44,237 bases of DNA from an uncultured Prevotella sp. (lineage in GTDB: Bacteria; Bacteroidota; Bacteroidia; Bacteroidales; Bacteroidaceae). The stretch spans positions 1-44,237 of the forward strand of contig USCM01000001.1 of NCBI GenBank assembly GCA_900553155.1, written 5' to 3'. Numbering within the stretch: the first letter of the stretch is position 1; every line of letters begins with the position of its first letter. A model generated the notes under the pieces. That model ran no database searches and was not told the DNA's origin. It saw only the letters and a list, made by a program, of their open reading frames with translations. Shown piece after piece: positions 9,273-18,256 of the stretch. The translations under genes were made by a program, and so were the position numbers.

Positions 9273-9453
9273 CCCCAAAGGTTTATTGTCTCGCCCGGCT
9301 GACACTTTGCGGCACGCCACTGCCACATCGACTGGCAAAACTGGCAGATGCAGCACCAAAGTGGCAGCCGTTAAACCATTGGTTTACAGCCGCATACACA
9401 GATACTGGCACTTCTGCCTCTTTCTTTTAGAAATCCGTTTTGTTATTTGCTAC

Positions 9454-9488
9454 TCACTCCCCTCCCTGTTGGGGAGAGGCTGGGGTGA
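9454..9488. repeat. REP-like GC-rich palindrome
   Basis: tcactcccctccctgttggggagaggctggggtga, immediately after the histidine kinase stop codon. Confidence 0.55.
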
Positions 9489-9494
9489 TGCATC

Positions 9495-11072
9495 CTACAA
9501 TATCATGAGGAACCTTGCCCCGTCCTTATAGCTCTCGTCGAGCTTTATCTCTGCCCCAAGCTTACGGGCAATGGTGCAGCAGATGTGCAAGCCGAGACCC
9601 GAGCCTTGTACAAGGTTGTTGGCCTTCTTGTAGCGCTTGAATATCTCTTTGGCCTGTCCAACGGGGATGCCGTCGCCGGTATCCGTAACCGAGAAGGTAA
9701 GTCTGCCCGGTGTCTCCGTGGTAGATAGGTGCAAATGTATCTTACCCTGGATAGTGTGCTTGCAAGCATTGGTAAGCAGATTGACGAGCACTTGCTGGAT
9801 GCGACGGCTATCCGACTCGATGGTATAGTTGTCCTCCACTTCCGACGTGAAGTACATCCTCACCTGCCCCTGCTTTCTAAGCTCTGCCATCTGTATGGCG
9901 TCACGGCACACACAGTTTACGGCAACGCTGCCAATCTGCACACGGTAGTTGCCATGCTCGACGTCGGTAAGGTCCATAACGTCGTCGATAATCATCGACA
10001 ACATATTGAAGCTGTTGTATATGTACTCGAAAAACTCGTTCTTCTCGTCCTCCGTGTAGCTGCCGTCGGGCATACAAAGCAGTTGGGAGAATCCATATAG
10101 GGCGTTGAGCGGAGTGCGTATCTCGTGCGTCATGTTCTGCAGCATAACGGTCTTGGCTTTGTTAGCCTCGATGTTCTCGCGCAGCTCGGCTATACGGTCT
10201 ATCTCCTCACGCTTTTCTACAGATATGTCCTTAACGGTGGCAACGATGTGATGGATAGAGCCATCGGTGTCGCGGTCGCATACGGTGATGGTTAGCTCGA
10301 CATACTCGAACGACACACCACGATACTGCATGGTGATGAAGTTGCGGTTGCGCATACGCTCGTCAAGAGTGGCGAAATCGATAAATGCCAACATCCTTTC
10401 CCTGTCTTCCGCGTTGCAAAGGAGGTTCGGGTAAACCAACTTTGAAGTGGAGAAGCATCCCGAATGTGGAAGATCTCTTGCAAACTGTGGCAGATTGTTG
10501 ATATACGAGGTGTACGTGTCGTTCTTAACATCTATATAATAGATGGCAGCGTAGGTGTTGGCAAAGGAGTTGACAACCTGCAGGTCTTGCTGGCGCTGCT
10601 TCTCTATGTCTGTTACATCGTAGTGGTAGCCCTCAAGAATCTTGTTGCCATCCTCGTCCTTATAGCCAGTACCGCCACAACGGATATAGCGAAGCCCCAA
10701 TGTAGGGTGTTTCCACTTATACGTAAGCTCGGTACTCTTGCCGTCCTTCAAGTCTTGTATGTATTGACGTGTACGTGGCAATTCGTCACGGCATACTCGT
10801 ACGCCCCAAGCCTTGTACATATCTTCGGGCGTCATGTCGCTGTCGGGCGCAACGCCCAACAGCCTAAGCATATTGGTATCGGCATACAAGCGAGGTTCTT
10901 TACCTTCGGGCATAATTATGCGCCAGATGCCCATCGAAGCCGAACTGAGCACCTGCATAATCTTGTCCGTATGCATAATCTTGTCCGTATGTATTACAGA
11001 ACGGTTGGCATTACTCTTAGCACATAAATTAGATTTACCATCAGAACCACCGGTTGTTGTAGTCTGCTCCAT
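9495..11072 (-). CDS. Sensor histidine kinase (PAS-like inputs, HisKA, HATPase); apparently soluble
   Basis: H-box NMTHEIRTPLNAL, N-box QQVLVNLLTNACK, G1 DTGDGI, G2 GSGLGL. No obvious TM helix. The true start may be a later Met. Confidence 0.9.
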   Translation of the reverse strand: MEQTTTTGGSDGKSNLCAKSNANRSVIHTDKIMHTDKIMQVLSSASMGIWRIIMPEGKEPRLYADTNMLRLLGVAPDSDMTPEDMYKAWGVRVCRDELPRTRQYIQDLKDGKSTELTYKWKHPTLGLRYIRCGGTGYKDEDGNKILEGYHYDVTDIEKQRQQDLQVVNSFANTYAAIYYIDVKNDTYTSYINNLPQFARDLPHSGCFSTSKLVYPNLLCNAEDRERMLAFIDFATLDERMRNRNFITMQYRGVSFEYVELTITVCDRDTDGSIHHIVATVKDISVEKREEIDRIAELRENIEANKAKTVMLQNMTHEIRTPLNALYGFSQLLCMPDGSYTEDEKNEFFEYIYNSFNMLSMIIDDVMDLTDVEHGNYRVQIGSVAVNCVCRDAIQMAELRKQGQVRMYFTSEVEDNYTIESDSRRIQQVLVNLLTNACKHTIQGKIHLHLSTTETPGRLTFSVTDTGDGIPVGQAKEIFKRYKKANNLVQGSGLGLHICCTIARKLGAEIKLDESYKDGARFLMIL

Positions 11073-11147
11073 CGTTATCAGTTATATAGTTATTGTTGTT
11101 GTTATAATGGTTGTTATAATAGTCTTGTCTGTCCGTCTTATCCTGTG

Positions 11148-12020
11148 TTATTGTGCCATCACGCGTCGCACGTCGTCTATGTCACGGTCGAATGGTCCGC
11201 TGTGCTCAAGCTTAAGCGTGCACATAGCCGCTGCAAACTTGCCCGATTCCTCGAAGCCCATACCCTGGGCACGGCACCACAAGTAGCCAGCCGAGTAGGT
11301 GTCGCCACATCCCGTGGCATCCACTATCTCCTTTGGCTCATAAGCCGGTATGTCGTAGAACTTGCCGTCGGCAAGGATAATGCTGCCCTCGCTTCCGAGC
11401 GTAACGCACACTTCCTTTACACCCCACTCGGCAAGGCGCAGAGCGGCGGCACGTGGATCGGTAAACCCTGTTATCACCTCCATCTCGTGCTCGTTCACCT
11501 TGATGATGTCGGTGTGTGCAAGTATCTCGCGCTTCTCAGTCCAGTCGATAGGATAGACCTTCTCGCCGCGCACCTCACGCAGATAGCCTTGGGCATCAAT
11601 GGATATGCGGCCCTTTGTGGACAGATACTTCACCACGTCGGTAGAGAAGTCGTCGCTAAGGAGCGAGCCAAGATGGTATACACCGGCATTCACCTCTTGC
11701 ATCTCGTCGATAGTGAAGGGGTCGGCACGCTCTAATACACGCTGTGTGCGGTCGTTCTGGTTCTCGCCATACTTGTTCTCGAAGTACACGGTGTGTCTAC
11801 TGGGGTACACCTGCACGTCGATGCCAGCCTTTCGCATTTCCTCAACCGACTGCATCTCGCTCTCGCCCAACTTTGTTACGAGCTGAAACGAGACGTTCTG
11901 CGGCAGATGGCTGAACGCGTAAGAGAAATAAAACGATGTTCCGCCTGCCATGTATACGGTATGGCGCGGTGTTATAATCTTGTCTTTTGTGATGTGGCCT
12001 ATGCAGCAAATATCTTTCAT
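11148..12020 (-). CDS. PfkB family carbohydrate kinase
   Basis: IKVNEHE, VTLGSEGS and the DATGCGD anion-hole motif. Confidence 0.9.
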   Translation of the reverse strand: MKDICCIGHITKDKIITPRHTVYMAGGTSFYFSYAFSHLPQNVSFQLVTKLGESEMQSVEEMRKAGIDVQVYPSRHTVYFENKYGENQNDRTQRVLERADPFTIDEMQEVNAGVYHLGSLLSDDFSTDVVKYLSTKGRISIDAQGYLREVRGEKVYPIDWTEKREILAHTDIIKVNEHEMEVITGFTDPRAAALRLAEWGVKEVCVTLGSEGSIILADGKFYDIPAYEPKEIVDATGCGDTYSAGYLWCRAQGMGFEESGKFAAAMCTLKLEHSGPFDRDIDDVRRVMAQ

Positions 12021-12115
12021 CTGTTATCTTTATTAGCCTACAAAGGTACTGAAAATTAGTGGCATAGCAAAAATAATAAAATTCTTTAACGATACATTAA
12101 GGACAAAACTATGGC

Positions 12116-13939
12116 TCAGAAGCCACTGGCCGACTCAAACCGCAGCCTCTCTCCCGTTACGGGATGCCTAAACTCCACCATTGCCGCATGCAGATACATA
12201 CGCGAGGTATGGCAGCCGTGCCCGTAGAGGGGGTCGCCAAGGATGGGACAAGCAAGACCCTCGTTGTGTGCGCAGTGCACACGCAGCTGATGCGTCCTGC
12301 CCGTAAGCGGATACAGCGACACGAGGGTACCGCCGTTGGGCATAAGGCGCTCTATACGATAATAGGTAAGGGCTGTCTTGCCGTTGTCGAAGTCGACACG
12401 CTGACGTGGCCTGTCCATGATGTCGGCAATGAGGGGCAGCGATATTCTGCCCTCCCTTCCGTTATGCGATACGCTGAGCCACTTGGAGCCTGGAGCGCCA
12501 CACAGCACCGACGGCTTGCCGTCGAGCACAGCCTCGTAGCGCTTCTTAACCTCCCTTGAGGCAAACTGGCGTTGCAACTCGATGTAAGCCTCATCGTTGA
12601 GGGCAAGCACAAGGAGTCCGCTGGTGTCCATATCAAGACGATGAACGGCTTTGGGGAGTTGGGAGTTGAGAGTTGAGAGTTGAGAGTTGGGAGTTGGGAG
12701 TTTTGGATTATGGGGGTTGAGTTGGGAGTTTTTAGTTAGGTATTGGCGTACATATTCCTCTACATCCAATGCCACATTGTCATCAGCATGTGCAACATTA
12801 CCATTCAATGCCACATCGCCACCAACCACAGCCTTGCCCGGAACCGACAGCATACCAGCTGGCTTATCCACCACTATTATAGTGTCGTCCTCGTATACGA
12901 TGCGTGGCACGTCATTGGTCTTGGGCTGCGCCAACGGATTTGGCTCCACATCCAGTCCGCGCAGCATGTGCGTAAGTATGGGCAGACACTTGGAGCGGCA
13001 AGCCGGATAATAATGCAAGTGGTGGCGTATCTCTTGCTTGGGCGAGTCGCCCCACCAGAACTCAGCCATGCACACCGGCTCCAAACCATTGGCATAGGCA
13101 TACTGCAGGAGCTTTGGCGCGCAGCAATCGCCCGACCCTGCCGGCGGCATTGCGTTGATAGTCTCGCCGAATATATCGACAAGGTCGCGCTCCTCACCAT
13201 TGGCGTTGAGCATACGGTATTGGCTGAACAGCCATTGCTGCAAGGCATCGCTCATCTCACGGCGTTGGCGGCGCAGGGCATCAACACGAGCCTCGTGCTC
13301 TGCCAACGGGCGGCGCAACTGGTCGAGCGTGGCGGTGCATTGCTGCTTCAGGCGGCGCTGCTCTGCCTTGAGGTGCTGACTCTCGTGCACCATTGCTGCC
13401 TTTTCCTCGGCAGTAAGAGGCTTGCCTCCTTGCTCTGCCTCGTGCCGGCGGGCATCTCTCTGCCTTTTAGCCTCAGCCACACGGCAGCGCATCTGCTCAA
13501 TCGATTGTTCGATATGTAGTTTAGCATCCTCGTATTCGGAGCGTTGGGCAAGGTATGTGTCCGATTTCTGCAGGGCGTCAATCTCCTTGTTAAGAGCCGA
13601 TATTGCCCTCTCCTCCGTCTTGAAGTGTCCGTCGGGCTGTTGCGCGTCGAACACTGGCGGCACAAAATATCCCCAGTCGTTGCGACCTGCAAGCAATCCA
13701 GAGTAAGCTGCAAGGAAACCGATGTTTTCACTTTTCACTTTTCCCTTTTCCCTTACACACAGCACCCCGAACATCTTTCCCGGTCCCTTCTCGTCCTTCC
13801 ACACTCCACTCTCCTCTATATATCGCTGCACCTCCTTGGCGGCAGCGATGCACAGCGGATGCGGTTCGTAGCAAAAGGGGTATGTGAATTGGCGGGGTGG
13901 CTGAATACCAGTATATAAAGGATGTACTAAATCACTCAT
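12116..13939 (-). CDS. RluA-family pseudouridine synthase, long form with N-terminal extension and coiled coil
   Basis: VDKPAGMLSVPG, catalytic HRLD, TGRTHQLRVH, ILGDPLYG and LHA motifs; N-terminal GKMFGVL and CAPKLLQYA motifs. Confidence 0.92.
   Translation of the reverse strand: MSDLVHPLYTGIQPPRQFTYPFCYEPHPLCIAAAKEVQRYIEESGVWKDEKGPGKMFGVLCVREKGKVKSENIGFLAAYSGLLAGRNDWGYFVPPVFDAQQPDGHFKTEERAISALNKEIDALQKSDTYLAQRSEYEDAKLHIEQSIEQMRCRVAEAKRQRDARRHEAEQGGKPLTAEEKAAMVHESQHLKAEQRRLKQQCTATLDQLRRPLAEHEARVDALRRQRREMSDALQQWLFSQYRMLNANGEERDLVDIFGETINAMPPAGSGDCCAPKLLQYAYANGLEPVCMAEFWWGDSPKQEIRHHLHYYPACRSKCLPILTHMLRGLDVEPNPLAQPKTNDVPRIVYEDDTIIVVDKPAGMLSVPGKAVVGGDVALNGNVAHADDNVALDVEEYVRQYLTKNSQLNPHNPKLPTPNSQLSTLNSQLPKAVHRLDMDTSGLLVLALNDEAYIELQRQFASREVKKRYEAVLDGKPSVLCGAPGSKWLSVSHNGREGRISLPLIADIMDRPRQRVDFDNGKTALTYYRIERLMPNGGTLVSLYPLTGRTHQLRVHCAHNEGLACPILGDPLYGHGCHTSRMYLHAAMVEFRHPVTGERLRFESASGF
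12654..12737. repeat. 12 in-phase heptamers (GRGAGTT-like) inside rluA
   Basis: gggagtt x2, gagagtt x3, gggagtt x2, ttggatt, atggggg, ttgagtt, gggagtt, tttagtt = 84 bp. Confidence 0.9.
13725..13752. repeat. 4 heptamers inside the rluA 5' region
   Basis: ttttcac ttttcac ttttccc ttttccc, encoding part of REKGKVKSEN. Confidence 0.8.
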
Positions 13940-15521
13940 TGTTATTGTTCTTTGTCTGTGTACCAGAAACCTTCCATTCTACAATATTATGTTCCTTATC
14001 CACATCGAAGTTTATACCAACCTTTACCACGTCCTTTCCACTTAAAGCGAAAGCCTCGGCATACTTGCGGTCTTCTATCTGGACAAGAGCCTCATCAGCC
14101 GACTTACCGAACTTTAGTTCCATAACATATACATAACGCTCCGTCTCTAATGTTATGTCGGTACGACCACGCGACGTGTGTTGCTCTACTGTTATACGAT
14201 ATGGTGTGAGGAGCGAAAAGATTACATACATCATCTGTTGATAATGTCCCTCGTATGCTGTATTGTCACAATAAGGCACCGTCTCAAGGAAGGTTTGCAG
14301 CAATCTCAAAGCACCGGATATGTCGCCATTGTTTATACAGCGCGACATATTGGCTATAACAACACGTCCCTCCACCACTTCTTCGCCGAGGAAGTTGGGC
14401 AGCAAACTGCTGTAAAGCCCTACCCTAATCTCGTTGTTTGGAATATCAAGAGTATAGAGGTCGATATCCTCGTCATAATCCTTTATTGTAAGATAGCCAC
14501 TCTGATACAGCAACGGCACTATTGACGCCATTCTCTCCGTCGGTGCATCGAAAGAGGCAGAGTCGGCACGCATACCTCCAATATTTGAAGGCTTGAGGTT
14601 AAACTTGCGCATCATCTCTATGAGATAGGTAGGAGTGCCCGACCCGAACCAATACGACCCAAGACGTCCACTATCAAAACAGTTGAGCAAACTGAACGGA
14701 TTGAACACGTCGGCAGAGGGCCACGTAAAGTGGTAACCGTCGTATTGCAGGGTTAGACGTTGCAGAGTCTGCTCTTTGGTGAGTTGAAGGCGTTGGGCAA
14801 GGCTGTCCACATCATCCGACATATACGTTGTCAACTCGTCTTTGGTGATACCGCATATACCATCATAACGAGGGTCCATACTAATGTTGATGATATTGTT
14901 AAGCTCGCTAAATATGCTAACCTGCGAAAACTTTGTTATACCAGTAAGAAATACAAAACGCAGATACTGGTCGCAATCCTTTAGCGGACTAAAGAAGTTG
15001 CGCATCACATTGCGAAGCACAGGCAGATGTTCGTCCTCATGAACAACATCGAGCAACGGCGCGTCATACTCGTCAATAAGCACAACAACGGGTTTGCCTG
15101 TCTTGCTATAGACAGTCTTTATGAGATTTATCAGTCGGTCGTTGGCATTTGCCGGATGTTCGGCAATGCCGTATCTTAGCTCTTCGTCCATAAGACGATG
15201 GCCTAAAAAATCCTCCAACGCATCCCTATCCATATGCTTGCCACCCGCCATACTGAAGTGAAGCACCGGATATTGAATCCACTCTGTCTCAAGGTGTTCA
15301 ATGGCAAGACCCTCGAACAGCTCCTTGCGACCCTCGAAGTAGCTCTTCATAGTTGATACCAACAGCGACTTGCCGAATCGTCGTGGACGACTCAGGAAAA
15401 AGAACTTGCCGCTGCCGTGCGACATACGGTACACATACTCTGTCTTGTCGACATACAACATGTCCTTCTCGCGAATCTCCGAGAAGGTCTGCATACCTAT
15501 AGGATATAACTTCAGTGCCAT
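13932..15521 (-). CDS. AAA-ATPase-like domain plus PD-(D/E)XK nuclease family 9 protein
   Basis: YPIGMQTF, YVDKT, Walker A RPRRFGKS, Walker B LIDEYD, and a C-terminal GRTD...MELK nuclease motif. Its stop overlaps the rluA start (ATGAGTGA). Confidence 0.9.
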   Translation of the reverse strand: MALKLYPIGMQTFSEIREKDMLYVDKTEYVYRMSHGSGKFFFLSRPRRFGKSLLVSTMKSYFEGRKELFEGLAIEHLETEWIQYPVLHFSMAGGKHMDRDALEDFLGHRLMDEELRYGIAEHPANANDRLINLIKTVYSKTGKPVVVLIDEYDAPLLDVVHEDEHLPVLRNVMRNFFSPLKDCDQYLRFVFLTGITKFSQVSIFSELNNIINISMDPRYDGICGITKDELTTYMSDDVDSLAQRLQLTKEQTLQRLTLQYDGYHFTWPSADVFNPFSLLNCFDSGRLGSYWFGSGTPTYLIEMMRKFNLKPSNIGGMRADSASFDAPTERMASIVPLLYQSGYLTIKDYDEDIDLYTLDIPNNEIRVGLYSSLLPNFLGEEVVEGRVVIANMSRCINNGDISGALRLLQTFLETVPYCDNTAYEGHYQQMMYVIFSLLTPYRITVEQHTSRGRTDITLETERYVYVMELKFGKSADEALVQIEDRKYAEAFALSGKDVVKVGINFDVDKEHNIVEWKVSGTQTKNNNNE

Positions 15522-15712
15522 AAGAGTGGATGTTTGGATTTAATGACGCTAAGTTAGCGAGAATAATCCGAACGGCAAAATAATTAGCGACAATCTTTCA
15601 AACAGCGGCAAGTAGGTGGGGTTTAATGATATTTGTGGGCGTTATATTATGCTTTCTCGGTTTTTTTGCCTACATTTGCATTTGAAAAAAACAACAAAAA
15701 ACAGATACAACT

Positions 15713-16345
15713 ATGAGTACATTGAAAAAGAGCTTTGCATCTAAACTTCTTGAAGTAAAGGCCATTAAGCTTCAGCCTAACGACCCGTTCACATGGGCAT
15801 CTGGCTGGAAGTCGCCTATCTATACCGACAACCGCAAGACCTTGGCTTATCCCGAGCTGCGCTCGTTTGTCAAGCAGGAGTTGGTACACCTCATCCACGA
15901 AGAGTTTCCGGAGGCCAATGCCGTTGCCGGTGTTGCCACTGGCGCTATCGCCCAGGGCGCTCTCGTAGCCGACGAGTTGCTGTTGCCTTACTGCTATGTT
16001 CGTCCAAAGCCGAAGGATCACGGTATGGGCAACCAGATTGAGGGCACTATCCCTGAGGGTGCAAAGGTAGTGGTTGTGGAAGACCTTATCTCTACCGGCG
16101 GCTCGTCGCTTAAGGCTGTCGACGCTCTGCGCAAGGCTGGCTACGAGGTTGTAGGTATGGTGGCAAGCTACACCTATGGCTTCCCTGTTGCCGAGGAGGC
16201 TTTCAAGGCTGCCAACGTGCGCCTCGTTACCCTTTCCGACTACGAGCACACCACTGCTATCGCTGCCGAGACTGGCTACATCAAGAAGGAAGATCTTGAG
16301 GTGTTGGCAGAATGGCGCAAGGATCCAGCCAACTGGAAGAAGTAA
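15713..16345 (+). CDS. pyrE: Orotate phosphoribosyltransferase
   Basis: FTWASGWKSPIYTDNR and the PRPP-binding VVVEDLISTGGS; TACATTTG promoter element at about 15671. Confidence 0.96.
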   Translation: MSTLKKSFASKLLEVKAIKLQPNDPFTWASGWKSPIYTDNRKTLAYPELRSFVKQELVHLIHEEFPEANAVAGVATGAIAQGALVADELLLPYCYVRPKPKDHGMGNQIEGTIPEGAKVVVVEDLISTGGSSLKAVDALRKAGYEVVGMVASYTYGFPVAEEAFKAANVRLVTLSDYEHTTAIAAETGYIKKEDLEVLAEWRKDPANWKK

Positions 16346-16371
16346 GAAGAAAAACCGAGTAAGAAAACAAT

Positions 16372-16824
16372 ATGACAACATTCGAAAGTTCAATACGACA
16401 GATTCCGTTTCCTCAGCAGAATGTATACGATAAGCTGAGCGACCTCAACAACCTGCAAAAGCTTAAGGAACGCTATGCCCTGATGAAGGACTCTATGCCG
16501 GAAGAGGCTCGCAAGCAGGCTGAGAAGATACAGGATCTGGAGTTTGACCAGGACTCGCTGTCGGTCAACGTGCCACCGGTGGGCAGCATCAAGCTGCGCG
16601 TGGTGAACCGCGAAGAGCCGAAGTGCATCAAGTTTGAAACCGAGCAAAGCCCAATCCCCTTCAACTTCTGGATTCAGATTTTGCCCGTTACATCCACAAC
16701 ATGCAAGATGAAGCTCACCATCAAGGCGGAGCTAAATATCTTCATCAAGCAGATGGTGAAGAAACCATTGCAGGAAGGCATCGAGAAGATTGCCGATGTT
16801 CTGCAGATGATTCAGTATAACTAA
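16372..16824 (+). CDS. SRPBCC/polyketide cyclase-like family protein
   Basis: 150-aa ORF between pyrE and argH; VYDKLSDLNNL...LN.FIK.MV.KPLQEGIEKIAD pattern typical of the Bacteroidales family. Confidence 0.7.
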   Translation: MTTFESSIRQIPFPQQNVYDKLSDLNNLQKLKERYALMKDSMPEEARKQAEKIQDLEFDQDSLSVNVPPVGSIKLRVVNREEPKCIKFETEQSPIPFNFWIQILPVTSTTCKMKLTIKAELNIFIKQMVKKPLQEGIEKIADVLQMIQYN

Positions 16825-16831
16825 CAAATAA

Positions 16832-16873
16832 GAGGGTGTGTCAAGTACGTTTTCATACTTTTGACACACCCTC
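16832..16873. repeat. Palindromic element GAGGGTGTGTCAA...TTGACACACCCTC
   Basis: Perfect 13-bp arms and no U-tract, between co-oriented genes. Confidence 0.8.
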
Positions 16874-16890
16874 ATACGAACTTTATAATT

Positions 16891-18237
16891 ATGGCAAGCA
16901 AACTTTGGGAAAAAAACTTCTCTGTCAACGAAGAGATAGAGCGTTTCACTGTGGGACGCGACCGCGAACTTGACATCTACCTCGCCAAGTATGATGTGCT
17001 TGGCTCTATGGCTCACATCACTATGTTGGAGTCGATCGGACTGATGCAGAAAGACGAACTGCGACAGCTCCTCGCCGAACTTAAGAACATCTACAACGAG
17101 TGTGTGCAAGGCACTTTCGTCATCGAAGAGGGTGTGGAGGATGTACACTCGCAGGTGGAACTGATGCTTACACGCCGCCTTGGCGATATGGGCAAGAAGA
17201 TTCACTCGGGCCGCTCACGCAACGACCAGGTGCTTGTCGACCTCAAGCTCTTTACACGTCACGAGCTGCGCGAGGTGGTAGAGGCTACCGACGCGCTGTT
17301 CCGCGAACTGCAAAAGAAGAGCGAGCAGTATAAGAACGTGCTCATGCCGGGCTATACCCACCTTCAAATAGCCATGCCAAGCTCCTTCGGCTTGTGGTTT
17401 GGCGCACACGCCGAGTCGCTTGCCGACGACATGCTGTTCCTCCTCGCTGCCTACCGCATGACCAACCGCAACCCTCTCGGGTCGGCTGCCGGTTATGGCT
17501 CGTCGTTCCCGTTGAACCGCGAGATGACAACCCGTCTGCTCGGATTCGACTCTATGGACTATAACGTGGTGTACGCCCAAATGGGTCGTGGCAAGATGGA
17601 GCGCAACGTAGCCTTTGCCCTGGCATCCGTTGCGGGCACCGTGGCTAAGTTGGCTTTTGACGCCTGCATGTTCAACAGCCAGAACTTCTCGTTCGTCAAG
17701 CTGCCCAAGGAGTGCACCACCGGCTCGTCTATCATGCCGCACAAGAAGAACCCCGACGTCTTCGAGCTTATCCGCGCCAAGTCGAACAAGCTGCAAAGTC
17801 TGCCTACACAGATTCAGCTTATCATGAACAACCTGCCCACTGGCTACTTCCGCGACCTTCAAATTATAAAAGAGGTGTTCCTCCCGGCTTTTGCCGAACT
17901 AAAGGACTGCCTTGCCATGGCTGCCTACATCATCGAGCGCATCGAGGTGAACGAGCACATACTCGACAACCCTATGTACGACCCTATGTTCTCTGTAGAG
18001 GAGGTGAACCGCTTGGCTGCTGCCGGCACTCCGTTCCGCGATGCCTACAAGCAGGTGGGTATGGAGATAGAGAACGGCACATTCCATGCCGGCCACAACA
18101 TCCACCACACTCACGAAGGCTCTATCGGCAATCTGTGCAACGACAAGATTGCGGAGATTATGGACAAGACACTTGCCGAGTTCGGGTTCGAGAGAGTGGA
18201 CGAAGCTGAGCGCTCGCTGCTGGCAGCGGGCGAGTAA
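16891..18237 (+). CDS. argH: Argininosuccinate lyase
   Basis: IHSGRSRNDQ, MPGYTHLQ and TGSSIMPHKKNPD. Start moved to ATG 16891 (MASKLW) because the ORF-track TTG start lies in the palindrome. Confidence 0.96.
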   Translation: MASKLWEKNFSVNEEIERFTVGRDRELDIYLAKYDVLGSMAHITMLESIGLMQKDELRQLLAELKNIYNECVQGTFVIEEGVEDVHSQVELMLTRRLGDMGKKIHSGRSRNDQVLVDLKLFTRHELREVVEATDALFRELQKKSEQYKNVLMPGYTHLQIAMPSSFGLWFGAHAESLADDMLFLLAAYRMTNRNPLGSAAGYGSSFPLNREMTTRLLGFDSMDYNVVYAQMGRGKMERNVAFALASVAGTVAKLAFDACMFNSQNFSFVKLPKECTTGSSIMPHKKNPDVFELIRAKSNKLQSLPTQIQLIMNNLPTGYFRDLQIIKEVFLPAFAELKDCLAMAAYIIERIEVNEHILDNPMYDPMFSVEEVNRLAAAGTPFRDAYKQVGMEIENGTFHAGHNIHHTHEGSIGNLCNDKIAEIMDKTLAEFGFERVDEAERSLLAAGE

Positions 18238-18256
18238 TTAATAGAATTATCTCCCT

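Larger units (their letters stand above)
8699..9423. repeat. Nested inverted-repeat element (degenerate outer IR, near-perfect inner IR arrays)
   Basis: Outer arms about 8699-8790 and 9341-9423. Inner perfect 24-bp IR at 8890-8913 and 9166-9189. Core TCGTGTAATGRACGT occurs twice on + and three times on -. Confidence 0.85.

Noticed and set aside
8702..9531. Small ORFs 8702-8929, 8758-9006 and 9286-9531
   Set aside because: They run through repeat DNA and show no recognisable motifs.
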